Shown in pieces: positions 1-12,514 of a stretch of 64,000 bases of DNA (its first letter is position 1; each line of letters opens with the position of its first letter). Both the position numbers and the translations under genes were made by a program. Location: the NCBI RefSeq assembly GCF_006345805.1, contig NC_043003.1, positions 91,388,001 to 91,452,000 of the forward strand. Direction: 5' to 3'. The notes under the pieces were generated by a model. The model was not told where the DNA came from and did not search any database. It saw only the letters and a program-made list of their open reading frames with translations. Source of the DNA: Octopus sinensis. Lineage: Eukaryota.

Positions 1-277
1 TGGCTCCCAGGCAGCCTGTTTGTCCTTTTCTCTGTCCTTTTCTACTGCTACTATAATATCTTCACGGATCCCCAAAGCTGGTTAGATTCCTGCAACTTTC
101 ACACTGGTACTCCTAACTCACTCTTATTCCTTCTCTCTTTACTTTTGTAGGGTACAACTGCCACCCACAAACTGTGCATTACTTTCTGCACCATGTATTT
201 CCTTCCATTAGCTCCTTTCTGAGTCATATAAACTCATATGGCCAGTTTCCCTGTTTCTGTGGCATGCACATTCTGCA

Positions 278-468
278 CCCCACCCGTCTCTGGATAGGAT
301 GCCCGTCCATTACAGGAATATACACTTTTTGCCAGCTGAATTGACTGGAACAATGTGAAATGAAGTGTTTCACTCAAGAAGACAATGCATTATTCAATCC
401 AGGAATGAAAACTACAATCTTACGATCAAGAGTCCAACACTCCAACCACTGAGACCATACACTTCCAC
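278..468 (-). mobile_element. Decayed tRNA-derived SINE (family C; also at 63414-63605 +)
   Basis: The minus strand starts GTGGAAGTGTATGGTCTCAGTGGTTGGAG (A-box-like), and shares the body motifs TTGAG..AAACAC and GACxGGCATCC.ATCCAG with the 63414 copy. Confidence 0.6.
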
Positions 469-619
469 TTCACAAGTATTAGATTGGTGTTGGTGTGAGA
501 ACAGGAGGGGAAATGGTGAGTGTTATGTGGTGTTATGAAGGAGAGAGGGCGAGGGAAAGAGAGAAATGGGGAGAAAGAGAAGAAGAGAGAGAGAAAGAGA
601 AAATCAGGAAATATAATAT

Positions 620-1040
620 TGTTTCTCATTTAGGCACAAGATCAGCAATTTGGAGAGTAAGAGGAAGTCTATTAAATCAACCCCAGTACCTGATTGGAAC
701 TTTATTTTATCGATCCTAAAAGGACAAAAGGCAAAGTTGGATTCAGTGGGAGTTGAACCCACAATGTAAAGCAATGGAGCAAATGTTGCAGGCCTTTTTT
801 TTGTCTGATATTCTAACAAATTTTACTAATCCACAATAATTGCTTCTAATTTAGGCATAAGGCTAGTTGTTTTGAGGAGACAGTGACATTAGATATCACC
901 TCCAGTACTTGACTGGTTGTCTCCATTCCATTGAACCCTGAAAAGAGTAAACACAAAGTTGATCACCAGTGATATCTGAACTCAGAATGCAAAAGAGTTG
1001 GAACAAATATATGGTATTTTTTCATTGTTCTAACCATTTT
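620..1040 (-). mobile_element. Two tandem decayed copies of SINE family B
   Basis: Both match the reverse complement of the 36061-36960 units (GGCACAAG...CCCCAGT...AAAAGGCAAAGTTG...TTTGAAC). Confidence 0.7.
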
Positions 1041-1049
1041 GCTATGGGG

Positions 1050-1530
1050 GAATTCTTGTTTAAGCACACCATATAACCCCTAATAACCTTTTTATTTTTT
1101 GGAATTTTCAGAAATTTTTTTAAGAATTTGCATTCTACACTCAAGAATTCATATGATTATGAAAACAATTTCTTAAAAAAATTTTTTTTTAATTCCCCAT
1201 ACCCAATAAATGCTAAAATTTCCACTCTTTTTCCAAATAAAAGAAAATACAGTCTAAATTTTTTTGCTTAAATCTCAGCAATGGATTACCCTTGGGTGCA
1301 TTATCATTCCGTTTTATCAGAAGAAAAATTTTGTCAGAGTGACAAAGAAATGAGGAAGGTATCAGGTGGTCGTGGGATGTGCTAAAAACACCAGCTAAAT
1401 CACCATTAAATCACACACAAATTTTTTTTCTTTTTCTGCATAACTAATTCCTATGTGTAGAATACAACTTCACAAGAATTTCCTGAAAATTTGAAAATAT
1501 AGTAATATGGGATGCTTAAACCAGAAATCC
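1050..1530. mobile_element. ~480-bp MITE with long imperfect TIRs (other copies 34221-34723, 51498-51877; fragment ~32700-32900)
   Basis: Ends GAATTCT.GTTTAAGCAC / G.TGCTTAAACCAGAA.TCC are inverted, and the same ends and internal motifs recur in the other copies. Non-coding. Confidence 0.7.
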
Positions 1531-1685
1531 ATCTTTGCTATTCCCCAAATAGCAATTTTAATTTAGGTACAAAGACAAAATTTGAATTCAGAACATAACA
1601 GAGTGAGAACAAATGCTACAAGCCAGTTTTTCTGACTTTTTAACGATTCTATCAGCTGGCTGTCTTCTACTAACCCATACTCTCT

Positions 1686-2090
1686 CTTTTTACTCTTTTA
1701 CTTGTTTTAGTCATTTGACTGCGGCCATGCTGGAGCACCGCCTTTTAGTCGAGCAAATCGACCCCGGGACTTATTCTTTTGTAAGCCCAGTACTTATTCT
1801 ACCGGTCTCTTTTGCCGAACCGCTAAATAACGGGGACATGAACACACCAGCATCGGTTGTCAAGCAATGCTAGGGGGACAAACACAGACACACAAACATA
1901 TCCACGCACATATATATATATACATATTACGACGGGCTTCTTTCAGTTTCCGTCTACCAAATCCACTCACAAGGCTTTGGTCAGCCCAAGGCTATAGCAG
2001 AAGACACTTGCCCAAGATGCCACGCAGTGGGACTGAACCTGGAACCATGTGGTTGGTTAGCAAGCTACTTACCACACAGCCACTCCATAC
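1686..2090 (-). mobile_element. Near full-length tRNA-derived SINE family A (octopus OR/OK-type, CORE-like)
   Basis: Reverse complement of the + copy at 52816: GGAGTGGCTGTGTGGTAAG head, GGTTCAGTCCC B-box, CCTTGGGCAAGTG core-like segment, internal (TA/CA)n, AAACAAGTAAAAGAG tail. Confidence 0.85.
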
Positions 2091-2119
2091 TTGTTTTTTT
2101 TTTTTTTCTGCCAATCTGT

Positions 2120-3370
2120 TATTGTTTCAAATTTTGGTACAAGGCCAGCAAGTTAGGGGAAGGGTAAGTCGATTACATCAACCTCAGGGCTTGACTGGGA
2201 TTTGTTGTATTGACCCTGAGGCAAAGTTAATCTCAATGTAATTTGAACTCAGAATGCAAACAACTAGAAAAAAATGTCTCTAGGCATTTTATTTGGCACA
2301 CTAACAATTCTGCTAGCACATAATAATGGTTTCAAATTTAGGCACAAGTCCAGCAATTTCGATGTAATCTACCTCAACACTTGACTGGTACTTATTTAAT
2401 TGATTCCCAAAAAGATGAAAGCAAAGCTGACCTCAGTAGAATTTGAACTCAAAATATAAAGACAGACAAATTGCCAGTAAGCAATTACCTGGCATGCTAA
2501 CGATCATACCAGCTCTTTACCTTTTGCTAGTCATAATAATGGTTTCAAAGTCTGGCACAAGGTCAACGATTTTGGTGGAGAGGTAAGTCAATTACATCCA
2601 GGGCCGGATTAAGACCCATCAAGGCCTTAACCGCTTAAATGATTTTGGTATCCCCATAAAAGATTATGTAATTCAAAATATAAACCATAAAATAAATTTT
2701 CATTTTTCAAAACGAAACAAAACAGTAAGAGGGAAAATAATGTTTATTTTTGTATCTTCCACTTTATTTATATTTGAAAAGTTTCCTTCTGCTTTTTTGA
2801 ATTGCAAAGTTTTTGATCAGATCCTCAAAATTAATCTTAGGTAACACATCTGCATCTATACTTAGTAGAGATAAAGGCATCCCGAATATTATTTTAACAA
2901 GTTTAAAGTGATTTCTTTTGTGCCGTAAACCATTTCCCATTTCTGTGGTGCCTTCTTCCCTCTTATTTTGCTTCATGGTAAATTCAGCGCTGATTACATT
3001 GACTCCAGTAATCAACTGGTACTTATTTTATAGAACCCCCAAATGATAAAAGGCGAAGCTGACCTTGATGGAATTCGAATTCAGAACATAGAGACGGATG
3101 AAGACCCGCTAAACATATTGCCTGGCGTGCTAACAACTCTGCTCGCTCACCGCCTTTTCCGAGCTCATAAAAACGGTTTCAAATTTTGGCACAAAGTCAG
3201 CAATTTCATGGGAATGGGTAAGTCGGTTACGTCGACTCCAGTGTTCAACTAGTACTTAATTTATCATCTCCGAAAAGGATGGAAGGCAAAGTCGATTTCG
3301 ACGGAATGCTCCTAAGCACGTTCCCCGGCATGCTAACAATTCTGCTAGCTGGCTGGCTGCCCTTTGCCAG
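2120..3370 (-). mobile_element. Cluster of about four to five SINE family B copies in the same orientation, one interrupted by a hAT derivative
   Basis: Repeated AAATTTTGG(C/T)ACAAG...CTGGTACTTA...GGCAAAGT.GACC...GAACTCAGAA...CTAACAATTCTGC modules. Confidence 0.8.
2599..2992 (-). mobile_element. Internally deleted hAT (Tip100-like) element keeping the transposase C-terminal tail
   Basis: Left end CAGGGCCGGATTAAG; the right end reads CAGCGCTGAATTTAC on the minus strand (imperfect TIR). Near-identical 8-bp flanks ATTACATC (2591-98) and ATTACATT (2993-3000). Minus-strand LSLLSIDADVLPKINFEDLIKNFAIQKSRRK resembles hAT dimerisation-domain C-termini. Confidence 0.7.
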
Positions 3371-3439
3371 CTCATAATCATAAGAGAAGGAGATCGTGAT
3401 TGAGAAAAACAGAAAGAGAGGAGCTTAAAGAGAGTAAGG

Positions 3440-3847
3440 GAGGTAAGTGAGGAAGTAACTGGTAAGAGAATGTAGAGATGAGAGTGAGGAGGGGGAGAGA
3501 GAGCGACAGACGAAAAGGAGAGAGAGAGAGCGACAGGCAGAAGTATGGGAGGGGGAGAGAGCGACAGACGAAAGGGAGAGAGAGAAAACGACAGACGAAA
3601 AGGAGAGAGAGAGAGAGAGAGAGCGATAGACGAAAAGGAGAGAGAGAGATAGAGCGACAGGCAGAAGTATGGGAGGGGGAGAGAGCGACAGACGAAAGGG
3701 AGAGAGAGAAAACGACAGACGAAAAGGAGAGAGAGAGAGAGAGAGAGCGACAGACGAAAAGGAGAGAGAGAGATAGAGCGACAGGCAGAAGTATGGAGGG
3801 GGAGAGAGCGACAGACGAAAGGAAGAGAGAGAAAACGACAGACGAAA

Positions 3848-3887
<40 letters not shown>

Positions 3888-4090
3888 CAGACGAAAAGGA
3901 GAGAGAGAGATAGAGCGACAGGCAGAAGTGTTCGAGGGGGAGAGAGCGACAGACGAAAAGGGGAGAGAGAGAGCGCGACAGGCAGAAGTGTGGGAGGGGG
4001 AGAGAGCGACAGACGAAAAGGGGAGAGAGAGAGAGCGACAGGCAGAAGTGTGGGAGGGGAAGAGAGAGCGACAGAGCGAAGTGTGGGAGG
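3440..4090. repeat. Purine-rich compound minisatellite of (GA)n + GCGACAGACGAAAAG + GCGACAGGCAGAAGT(A/G)TGGGAGGGG modules
   Basis: Directly visible repetition; it explains the low-complexity ORFs at 3256-4159. Confidence 0.95.
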
Positions 4091-6077
4091 CTGCAGGATG
4101 AACGGAGGATAACAATTAAAAAAGTAACCAAGTAGAGAAGAGCGAAAGAGGAATAGCAATTTTCTATCGCCGTAAACAGGATGTATAGAAAATATTTAGA
4201 TGGGAAAAGAGAGAGAGAAAAAAGATGAAGAATGAAACAATGACAGAGTGCGAATGAGAGAATAAAGGAAGCAGACAGATGATTTATTAAGAGAGAAAGG
4301 CAGTCAGTGAGTGTAGAAATGCGAAATCGTGATAATATATAAACATATTATATACATATATAATATATGTGTGTAGTGAAGAAGAATCCTCATGTCGATG
4401 ACTGAAACACACATCAACAAGAAAACAAACCTTTAAAATAAGTTAATCGGCAGGCACCAAATTTATTATTAATCAAAATTAATTAATTAAAGACCAACAA
4501 AAGTAGCCACTGCCCGAATATCCAGCGGCTGTTATTGTATCGAAACTGTAAGTCCGACTCTTTTTTTATTTTACTTTCTCTTAGAATCTCTGTTAATTAT
4601 TTTGTATATACATGGTTTCTGTCTGAATATCATGAATTTATTTTGGTTCTTATTTTATATCTTCCTTTAAATGTGTATCTCATTCATTTCTGAAGTAAAT
4701 ATCACACTTAGTCAGCTCTATAGATTAATTCATCGTATCAGGCAAACTACACCCACAGGCAGACACATAAACACCTCTAAATATTTATTATGTGGTTGTC
4801 AACGGCATATCAGTTCTGGTTGAGAGAAACTAAGATCATAAAAAGTGGGGGATGGGGGTTACAAAAGGAAGTCTTTCCAAATATTCCAGTAGAAATTCTC
4901 CGTAATTTTAGAAATATCTAAGCCTACGTTATTCGGCGTGTCCTTTCTAAGGTGATTTAAGGGAGATTTGGTTGGCATTTCTTGGAGTAGATCATATGTC
5001 AGCCTGTATGTTTGTGAGTCTGTTTGGCAGATTCGCCTTTGTTGCAAGGTTTGGGATAGACCACCATTTCTCTTGTTCTTGTTTGTCTTTAAAATGTTCA
5101 GGGTGGGTGGGTATCGATTTCACCAATATGGAAGGGCCTACAAAACGTCATGGATATTTGCTCCTGCTTCTCATCTCAGCCAGCAACCAGACACTCGCAC
5201 GTGGCTGTGTGGTTATGAAGTTAACTTCGGAGCCATGTGGTTGCAGGTTCGATCGATTCCACTGTGCTTTGAATAGAAGTGTCTTCTGCTATAGCGTTGG
5301 CTTGACCAATGCTTGCGAGTGGAAACTGCGGAAGCTGTATATTACTGGTTATGGCATTTATACACACTCACATGTCAGGTCGCTCTGACTGCTGGTTACG
5401 TATTCCAGTCCAACCTGTTATGTAGTGGGATGTTGGGAGTATGCCCTACATATCTCAACCATGTCGAAAGGTGCGAAGAAGGACAAAGACTATATAACAA
5501 CAGTGTTTAGAAGTCGGAAATATTCGAGACGGCAAATGATTCTTCTGCAAACACGGTAGAAGTAATGGAGCCTTAGTTCTCAAAACAATCTGGTTATCAA
5601 TATTTTTAACATTGTACTGTGTTGGAGAACAAATGAAAAAATTACTGGCCTTCCAGTAAACTATTTTAAAGTTTAAAATTTAGAAAATGTATAACAAGCA
5701 TGTCCTATTATTCACAATTGGGTATAACAAAATTATAATTAATACATTTCCAAGCAATAACCTATCTATTCACTGTTAATAAGTTCTGAGAGATTCGAAC
5801 GTGAAATCTGGTCATTGTTATTTTTCGTCATTGGAGAATAACTCTTTCTTTTAGATGATGTGTGCTCATCGTGACAACAGGTAATGTGCACCTCAAGAAT
5901 TACATTTCCAAACGTTAGGCCGAATTTTCAAAAACCTCAAATTATATATTTAAACATTCCACGCTGCAACTAGATCCCCCTTGTGGTGTTCCATGTGAGA
6001 AGCAGAGATATAGGAAAAGGATATTCTGATGTAAGACTGAAGGACCATTAAGTTTCTGGTCGTCTCAACTTATGCTA

Positions 6078-6287
6078 CGTGGGTGTGCCGAAAAGTTCCT
6101 GCCTTTAAGGGTGTCGTGAAGGACCAGGCTGGAGTTCCAACCTTCCTTTACAGAGCTTAGAAAAACCGAAGGTCCACTGCAACAAGGGTGTGAATCTGAT
6201 AGGGGAATATGTTCAATAAAATCATAATTAACTGATCCTCCTGTATTTTCTTTCATCCAAAGCCAGGTATTTTTCAGCAACCCCTTG
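6078..6287. mobile_element. Tc1/mariner-type MITE (~210 bp); second copy in opposite orientation at 17538-17753
   Basis: TA|CGTGGGTGTGCCGAAAAGTTCCTG ... CCAGGTATTTTTCAGCAACCCCTTG TIRs; the interior is the reverse complement of the 17538 copy, which is TA-flanked. Confidence 0.8.
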
Positions 6288-6309
6288 TGTGTGTGTGTGT
6301 GTATGTACT

Positions 6310-6666
6310 TATTTCTTTACTTGTTTGTCAGTTGACTGCGGCCATGCTGGAGCACCGCCTTTAGTCGAACAAACCGACTCTTTTACCGGACCACTAAGTT
6401 ACGGGGACATAAACATACTAATATCGGTTGTCAAGCAATGGTGGGGGGGGGCACACAGATACGCAAATACATACACACACGTTTGTATACACACACACAC
6501 ACGACAGGCTTTATTCCGTTTCCGTCCTACTAAATCCGCTCAAAAGGCTTTGGTCGGCCCAAGGATACAATAGAAGATACTTGCCCAAGGTGTTATGCAG
6601 TGGGACTGAACCAGGAACCATGTGGTTGGGTGGCAAGCTTCTTACCACACAGCCATGCCCACGCCT
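6310..6666 (-). mobile_element. SINE family A copy
   Basis: Same head, core and tail motifs as the 52816-53205 copy. Confidence 0.85.
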
Positions 6667-6723
6667 ACATACATAATACATACATACATATACATACATA
6701 TATATATATATATACATACATGC

Positions 6724-6761
<38 letters not shown>

Positions 6762-6787
6762 GCATATATATATATATGCATATATAT

Positions 6788-6825
<38 letters not shown>

Positions 6826-7215
6826 CATGCATATATATATATATATATACATGCATATATATATATATACATGCATATATATATATATGCATGCATATAT
6901 ATATACATGCATGTATACATACATATAAATATATATGCATACATATATATACATGCATATATATATATATATATATAGATATATATATATATGCATACAC
7001 ATATATATATATATATATATATATCATATATATATATGCATACATACATATAAATATATATGCATACATATATATACACACACACATGTATACATATATA
7101 TACACATACATACACACATATATATATATATATATACACATTCATATATATATATATATATATATATACACTTACATACATATATATATACACTTACATA
7201 CATATATATACACAT

Positions 7216-7275
<60 letters not shown>

Positions 7276-7345
7276 GCACATACATGCATACACATAATTA
7301 TATATATGCAAATACATATATATATACACACATACAGGCATATAC

Positions 7346-7377
<32 letters not shown>

Positions 7378-7500
7378 ATATATATATCTTCCCTTTTTTC
7401 CTGAGCGCCCAATAATACTTTATTTGTTCCACATCCTCGCGTTGTTGTCTTTTTGTTTTCTTGTTTGGATTAACTTTATTTATATATATATATATATATA
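6667..7500. repeat. Long (TA)n/(TACA)n/(TATG)n microsatellite complex
   Basis: Directly visible; it generates the YI/HI-repeat ORFs. Confidence 0.97.
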
Positions 7501-7501
7501 A

Positions 7502-10407
7502 GGGCAAAGAACACAGGTACAAGATTTTTCTGGGAAGGGAACACTGATGGGGTTGGGGGCATGGGTATATTTCTTGTGGAGAAATGGGTAGATAAGGTAA
7601 TCGAGGTAGTCAGAGTATGTGACAGAATACTTAAGGTGCTTCACCATAGGTCAGCTACCATTATCTCGGCATATGCCCCTCAACTGGGGCTGCCTGAAGG
7701 ACAGAAAGACCGATTCTGTGACAAAATGCAGACTACCTCATTGACAAATGACAGGGACCTTCTCTTTGTGGCAGGTGACTTCAATGGACATGTTGGACGC
7801 CATGTCAGGGGCTTCCATGGCATACATGGAGGCTATGGTTTTGGTTCTCGCAATGAGGAGGGAACCAGGCTGCTGGAGTTCTGCAATGCTAATGACCTTA
7901 TGGTTTGCAATACCAACTTCAGGAAACCCACCTCTCACCTAGTCACCTACTGTTCTGGCAGACACACTAGCCAGATTGACTACATCCTGGTCAGAAAGAG
8001 GGAAAGAAGGCTGCTTATAAATGCCAAAACCTTCCCAGGCGAAGAATGTACCCCTCAACATAGATTAGTAGTTAGCGACTTCAGGATCAGGGCAAAATGG
8101 TTGCCCAGAAGAAGACCAGCTCGGAGGAGAAGGGTCTGAAAGCTTAAGGATCCTGCAAATGGACAGAGATTTAGAGACGTACTACTTGAAGTCTTCGATG
8201 AAATAGAAGGGGATATAGCTTATATATATATACAGCCGGAGGTTTCTACTGGACAATCTGCTGAGAGCCACTGACCAGATCTGTGGATGGAGCAAAGTCC
8301 CATCTCGACCCATGGTAATGTGGTGGTGGAACAATGTGGTTGACAGGGCTATTAGACAAAAGAAACAGGCTTGGAGGGACTGGAAGAACGGAGGTAGCAA
8401 GGAATTGTATCAGACTGCCAGAAGGGAAACTAGGAGACAGGTTTATTTAGCCAGAGGGGAAGCAGATAAGAAAAAATTTGCCAATGTTCTGCACCCTGAG
8501 GACCAAAGACTTGAAGTTTTTCGTGCTGCAAGACAGTGTGTGAGAGAGAATCGTGATGTGGTAGGAGAAAAATGTGTTCGCATGGATGATGGTTCACTTG
8601 CGCTAAATGAGGATGCAAAGAGAGAGGTTTGGAGATGCCACTATGAAAGGTTGCTAAATAAAGAAAATGAATGGGATAAAGAGAGTCTGCCAAATGTCGA
8701 CCCAACAGTGGGACCAGCTATCCGAGTTGACAGTTCTCTGGTAGTTACGGCAATAAGAAGCATGAAAACAGGGAAAGCCCCAGGCCCATCAGGAATTACT
8801 GCAGAGATGCTCAAAATATCTGGCAGTGTTGGCTATATATATATCTGGCAGTGTTGTCACACGTATAGTTAACCAGGTGATACACGAAGGAGTCATACCC
8901 AATAACTGGTGTAGCAGCATAATAGTCAACTGCTACAAAGGTAAAGGTGATGCCCTAGATACAAATAATTACAGAGGTATCAAGCTGTTGGATCAGGTAA
9001 TGAAGGTTACGGAGAGGGTCATAGCCCAACTGATTAGGGAGAGAGTCAACTTGGACGAGATGCAGTTTGGTTTCGTGCCAGGGAAAAGCACCACTGATGC
9101 CATATTTCTGGTGAGACAGCTGCAAGAGAAATACCTAGCCAAAGATAAACCTCTGTACCTAGCTTTTGTTGACATGGAGAAAGCCTTTGACAGGGTCCCC
9201 CAATCCCTTATCTGGTGGTCAGTGAGGAAACTAAGGATAGATGAATGGTTAGTGAGAGCTGTGAGGGTTGGCTACGAGTACAGTGAAGAATTCCGGGTAG
9301 AGGTTGGGGTCCACCAAGGTTCAGTCCTCAGCCCCCTCCTATTTATCATAGTCCTCCAGGCAATAACAGAGGAATTCAAGACAGGATGCCCTTGGGAGCT
9401 CCTCTATGTTGATGACCTTGCTCTAATTGCTGAGTCACTATCAGAACTGGAGGAGAAGTTTCAGGTGTGTAGCAAGGATTAGAATCAAAGGGCCTTAGAG
9501 TCAACCTAGCTAAAACCAAAGTCCTAATAAGTAGGAAGGTAGACAAATCACAAACGCCTTCAGGTAGATGGCCCTGCTCGATCTGCAGAAAGGGCGTAGG
9601 TAGAAACTTTATAAGATGTACCAAGTGTAAGCTATGGACACATAAGAGGTGCAGCAATATCAAAGGAAGGCTAACTAGGAAGATAGTTTTTGTATGTGGC
9701 AGATGCTCAGGAGCAATAAACACTGAAAATGCGCAGAGTCCATCTTCCGCCACATTCCAGGGCTGAGCATTCCACAGACACATGTACCCTTAACGCAGTT
9801 CTCGGGGATATTCAGCGTGACACAGAGAGTGACAAGGCCGGCCCTTTGAAATACAGGTACAACAGAAACAGGAAGTAAGAGTGAGAGAAAGTTGTGGTGA
9901 AAGAGTACAGCAGGGATCACCACCATCCCTGCCGGAGCCTCGTGGAGCTTTAGGTGTTTTCGCTCAATAAACACTCACAACGCCCGGTCTGGGAATCGAA
10001 ACCGCGATCCTACGACCGCGAGTCCGCTGCCCTAACCACTGGGCCATTGCGCCTCCTGATAGCATCCATTACCTAGGTGACCAAGTCAGTAGCGGGGGCA
10101 GTGGTGCTGAAAGTGTAACTGCTAGAGTAAGAATATCCTGGGCAAAGTTCAGAGAGCTCTTACCTCTGCTGGTGACTAAAGGCCTCTTGCTCAGAGTAAA
10201 AGGCAGACTGTATGATGCATGTGTACGAACAGCCATGCTACATGGTAGTGAAACATGGGCCGTGACTGCTGAGAATATGTGTAAGCTCGCAAGAAATGAA
10301 GCCAGTATGCTCCGATGGATGTGTAATGTCAGTGTTCATACCCGACAGAGTGTAAGTACCTTGAGAGAAAAGTTGGACCTAAGAAGCATCAGTTGTGGTG
10401 TGCAAGA
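7502..10407 (+). mobile_element. 5'-truncated, disrupted RTE-clade LINE (AP endonuclease + reverse transcriptase + PHD-like finger)
   Basis: APE motifs SAYAPQ, GDFNGHVG, SQIDYIL, QHRLV; RT motifs YRGIKLL, QFGFVPGKSTTDAIF, AFVDMEKAFDRVP, GVHQGSVLSPLLF, LYVDDL; C-terminal MLHGSETWAV. Stops, frameshifts and a SINE insertion. Confidence 0.95.
9763..10056 (-). mobile_element. tRNA(Arg)-like-headed SINE inside the RTE LINE
   Basis: The minus strand begins GGAGGCGCAATGGCCCAGTGGTTAGG (A box), has GGACTCGCGGTC (TCG anticodon-like loop) and GGTTTCGATTCCC (B box). It interrupts RT sequence that is continuous in the 29-32 kb copy. Confidence 0.85.
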
Positions 10408-10419
10408 TGTCCGGCCCAG

Positions 10420-10880
10420 TTAAGAGTACCCCTGATGCGTCGTGCGATATGATATGCTTGAGATGACCTGTTGAGTCAAGTAAAACCAATATAGTAGCTG
10501 TGGCCAGTGCCTACTGACTGGCTTCCATGCCATCCGAATGTGGTCGATGCCAAGTCTATCTGATTGGCTCTTATGCTGGTGGCACGTAAAAAGCACCAAC
10601 CGAACATGGCTGATGCCAGAACCCACTGACTGGCCCCTGCACCGGTGGCACATAAAAAGCACTATCTGAACGTGATCGATACCAGGTCCACCTGACTGGT
10701 GGCACGTAAAAAGCACCCACTATACTCTTGGAGTCGTTGGCGTTAGGAAGGGCAGCCTGCTGTAGAAACATTGCCAGATCAGATTTGAGCCTGGTGTAGC
10801 TGCTGGCTCTCCAGACCTCAGTCAAATCATCCAACCCATGCCAGCATGGAAAACAGGCATTAATAGACGACGACGAAGAT
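10420..10880 (+). mobile_element. RTE 3'UTR/tail with internal GTGGCAC-containing repeats
   Basis: Ends in the shared tail GGCGTTAGGAAGGGCA...CTGTAGAAAC...CCAACCCATGCCAGCATGGAAA...(GAC/GAT)n. Confidence 0.8.
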
Positions 10881-12514
10881 GGACATACATATATAGACAT
10901 ACATATACAAGCAAAGTAATACTTCCCTATGGTCAGACATGTCTTCATGGAAGATTGGAAGTAAATGACACCACTTGTATGATGATGACAAGGACAGATA
11001 GATGCACACACACACACATTTATGCATACTTACATATATTACAGGCTTCTTTCAATTACTCACAAGGCTTTGCTTGTCACTTGCCTAATGTGCTGTACTG
11101 AGGAAGACTAAATCCAAAACTACTTAGTTATGAAGCAACCTGAAAAATTGCATTACTAGGCCAGCCTCGGGCAAAAGCAGAGCAAGCCCCTAAATCTTCA
11201 CCTTGGCCTTCTGGCTAATGTCACAGTATAGTATCTGCTTAAAATCTAATATAATCTCTATTGGGGAGCCATCATATTGAATGGATTTTTGGATATAGAC
11301 TATATGTGTGTGTGTATATGTGTTTGTATGTTTATCGTAATAAATATTTGGATGCATAATATATCTACATAGTCTCCTTGTGTTCCATTTTTAAGTCTGT
11401 ATTTACTCCTCTTACCAGCTATTTTGATTTTCTCTCATCTGTCTATTATTCATCCCCATCAATTCTCTGTACCATTCCATATCAGTATAATGCGGAATAG
11501 TTTCAGATCTCTTCAAATTTACTTCCCTTCCATCTTTATCATTCTGTCTCTATGTCTCTCTCTTACATCATGATGCCTGTAAAACAAGATTCTTTCAGAT
11601 CTCTTCCCTTAAGATACATCTCTCCATCACCTTTCAGTACTGCTAGTCATCACTCCCTAACTTTAGTTCATCCATGTTTGACATTCGTCACTTTCTTCAT
11701 CATCACCTTTCCATGTTGCTAGCCATCGCTCCTGTTCTCCCAGATCATTCATAATTGATATATATCACTCTCTCTTACCATCATCTATCTCTGTAACTTT
11801 CCATCACATCACTTGCTCTCTCGCTCTCTGTCTTTCTTTCTACTAAATATGTAGTTATGCATCACTGCCTCTCTCTAATAACCCTATATCATTACTATAT
11901 TTCTCTGCTCTGTCTCTTCCATTACTTGTCTTTCTTGTTATTCTTAATGACTCTATTTCTCCAGTTATACTCTTACTTCTTTCACCATCTCTTCCTTGTT
12001 CAGTTTGTCAGTGTCTTCCTCTCCACCCTCTTAGATACATTGCTGTATAGAAACTTTCTAGTCTTGCAAGGTACAAGGCAACCTCTTTTGTGTAGGTGCC
12101 ACATTAAAATGCACTCAGTTCACTATGTAAAATGGTTGGTGTTAGGAAGGGCATCCAGCCAGAGAAGCCATGCCAAAATAGAACAAATAGCATGGTCATT
12201 ACTTGAAGGCAATCATTTCAGTTTAGAACTGAAGCAGATCATGACTCATCCAACTCATACTGGCTTGAAAAGCAGAAAAAAAAATGATGATGATGATGAT
12301 AATGATCTATATCTATACTGTTAACTCCTAACCAATGCTCATTTGAGTTGTTCAGTCTTATAATACCACTCTGACTGATGACATGGTCTTATTTCAATGT
12401 TATGATGTGCATCTGCTCTTATTTACTACACAGCTTCTTTTTATTTATTCTGATTTTGTGTCTCAGTTATTATTAATATTTATTTGTGTGTGTGTGTGTG
12501 TGTTTAACACAAAA

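Noticed and set aside
3256-4159. Long ORFs (207-291 aa) on both strands
   Set aside because: Products of the GA-rich minisatellite (RE/SL repeats); no domain content.
4859-5510. Short ORFs in the CpG-rich region
   Set aside because: They overlap decayed SINE or other repeat sequence and have no recognisable motifs.
6511-7522. Many overlapping YI/HI/CM-rich ORFs
   Set aside because: Translation of (TA)n/(CA)n microsatellite. The same applies to the ORFs at 40519-40707, 50860-51332 and 54795-55110.
12375-12381. Isolated CTGATGA motifs (also ~13750, 20485, 21171, 35182)
   Set aside because: No stem II + GAAA + NUH + stem I arrangement, and no convincing C/D snoRNA partner box.
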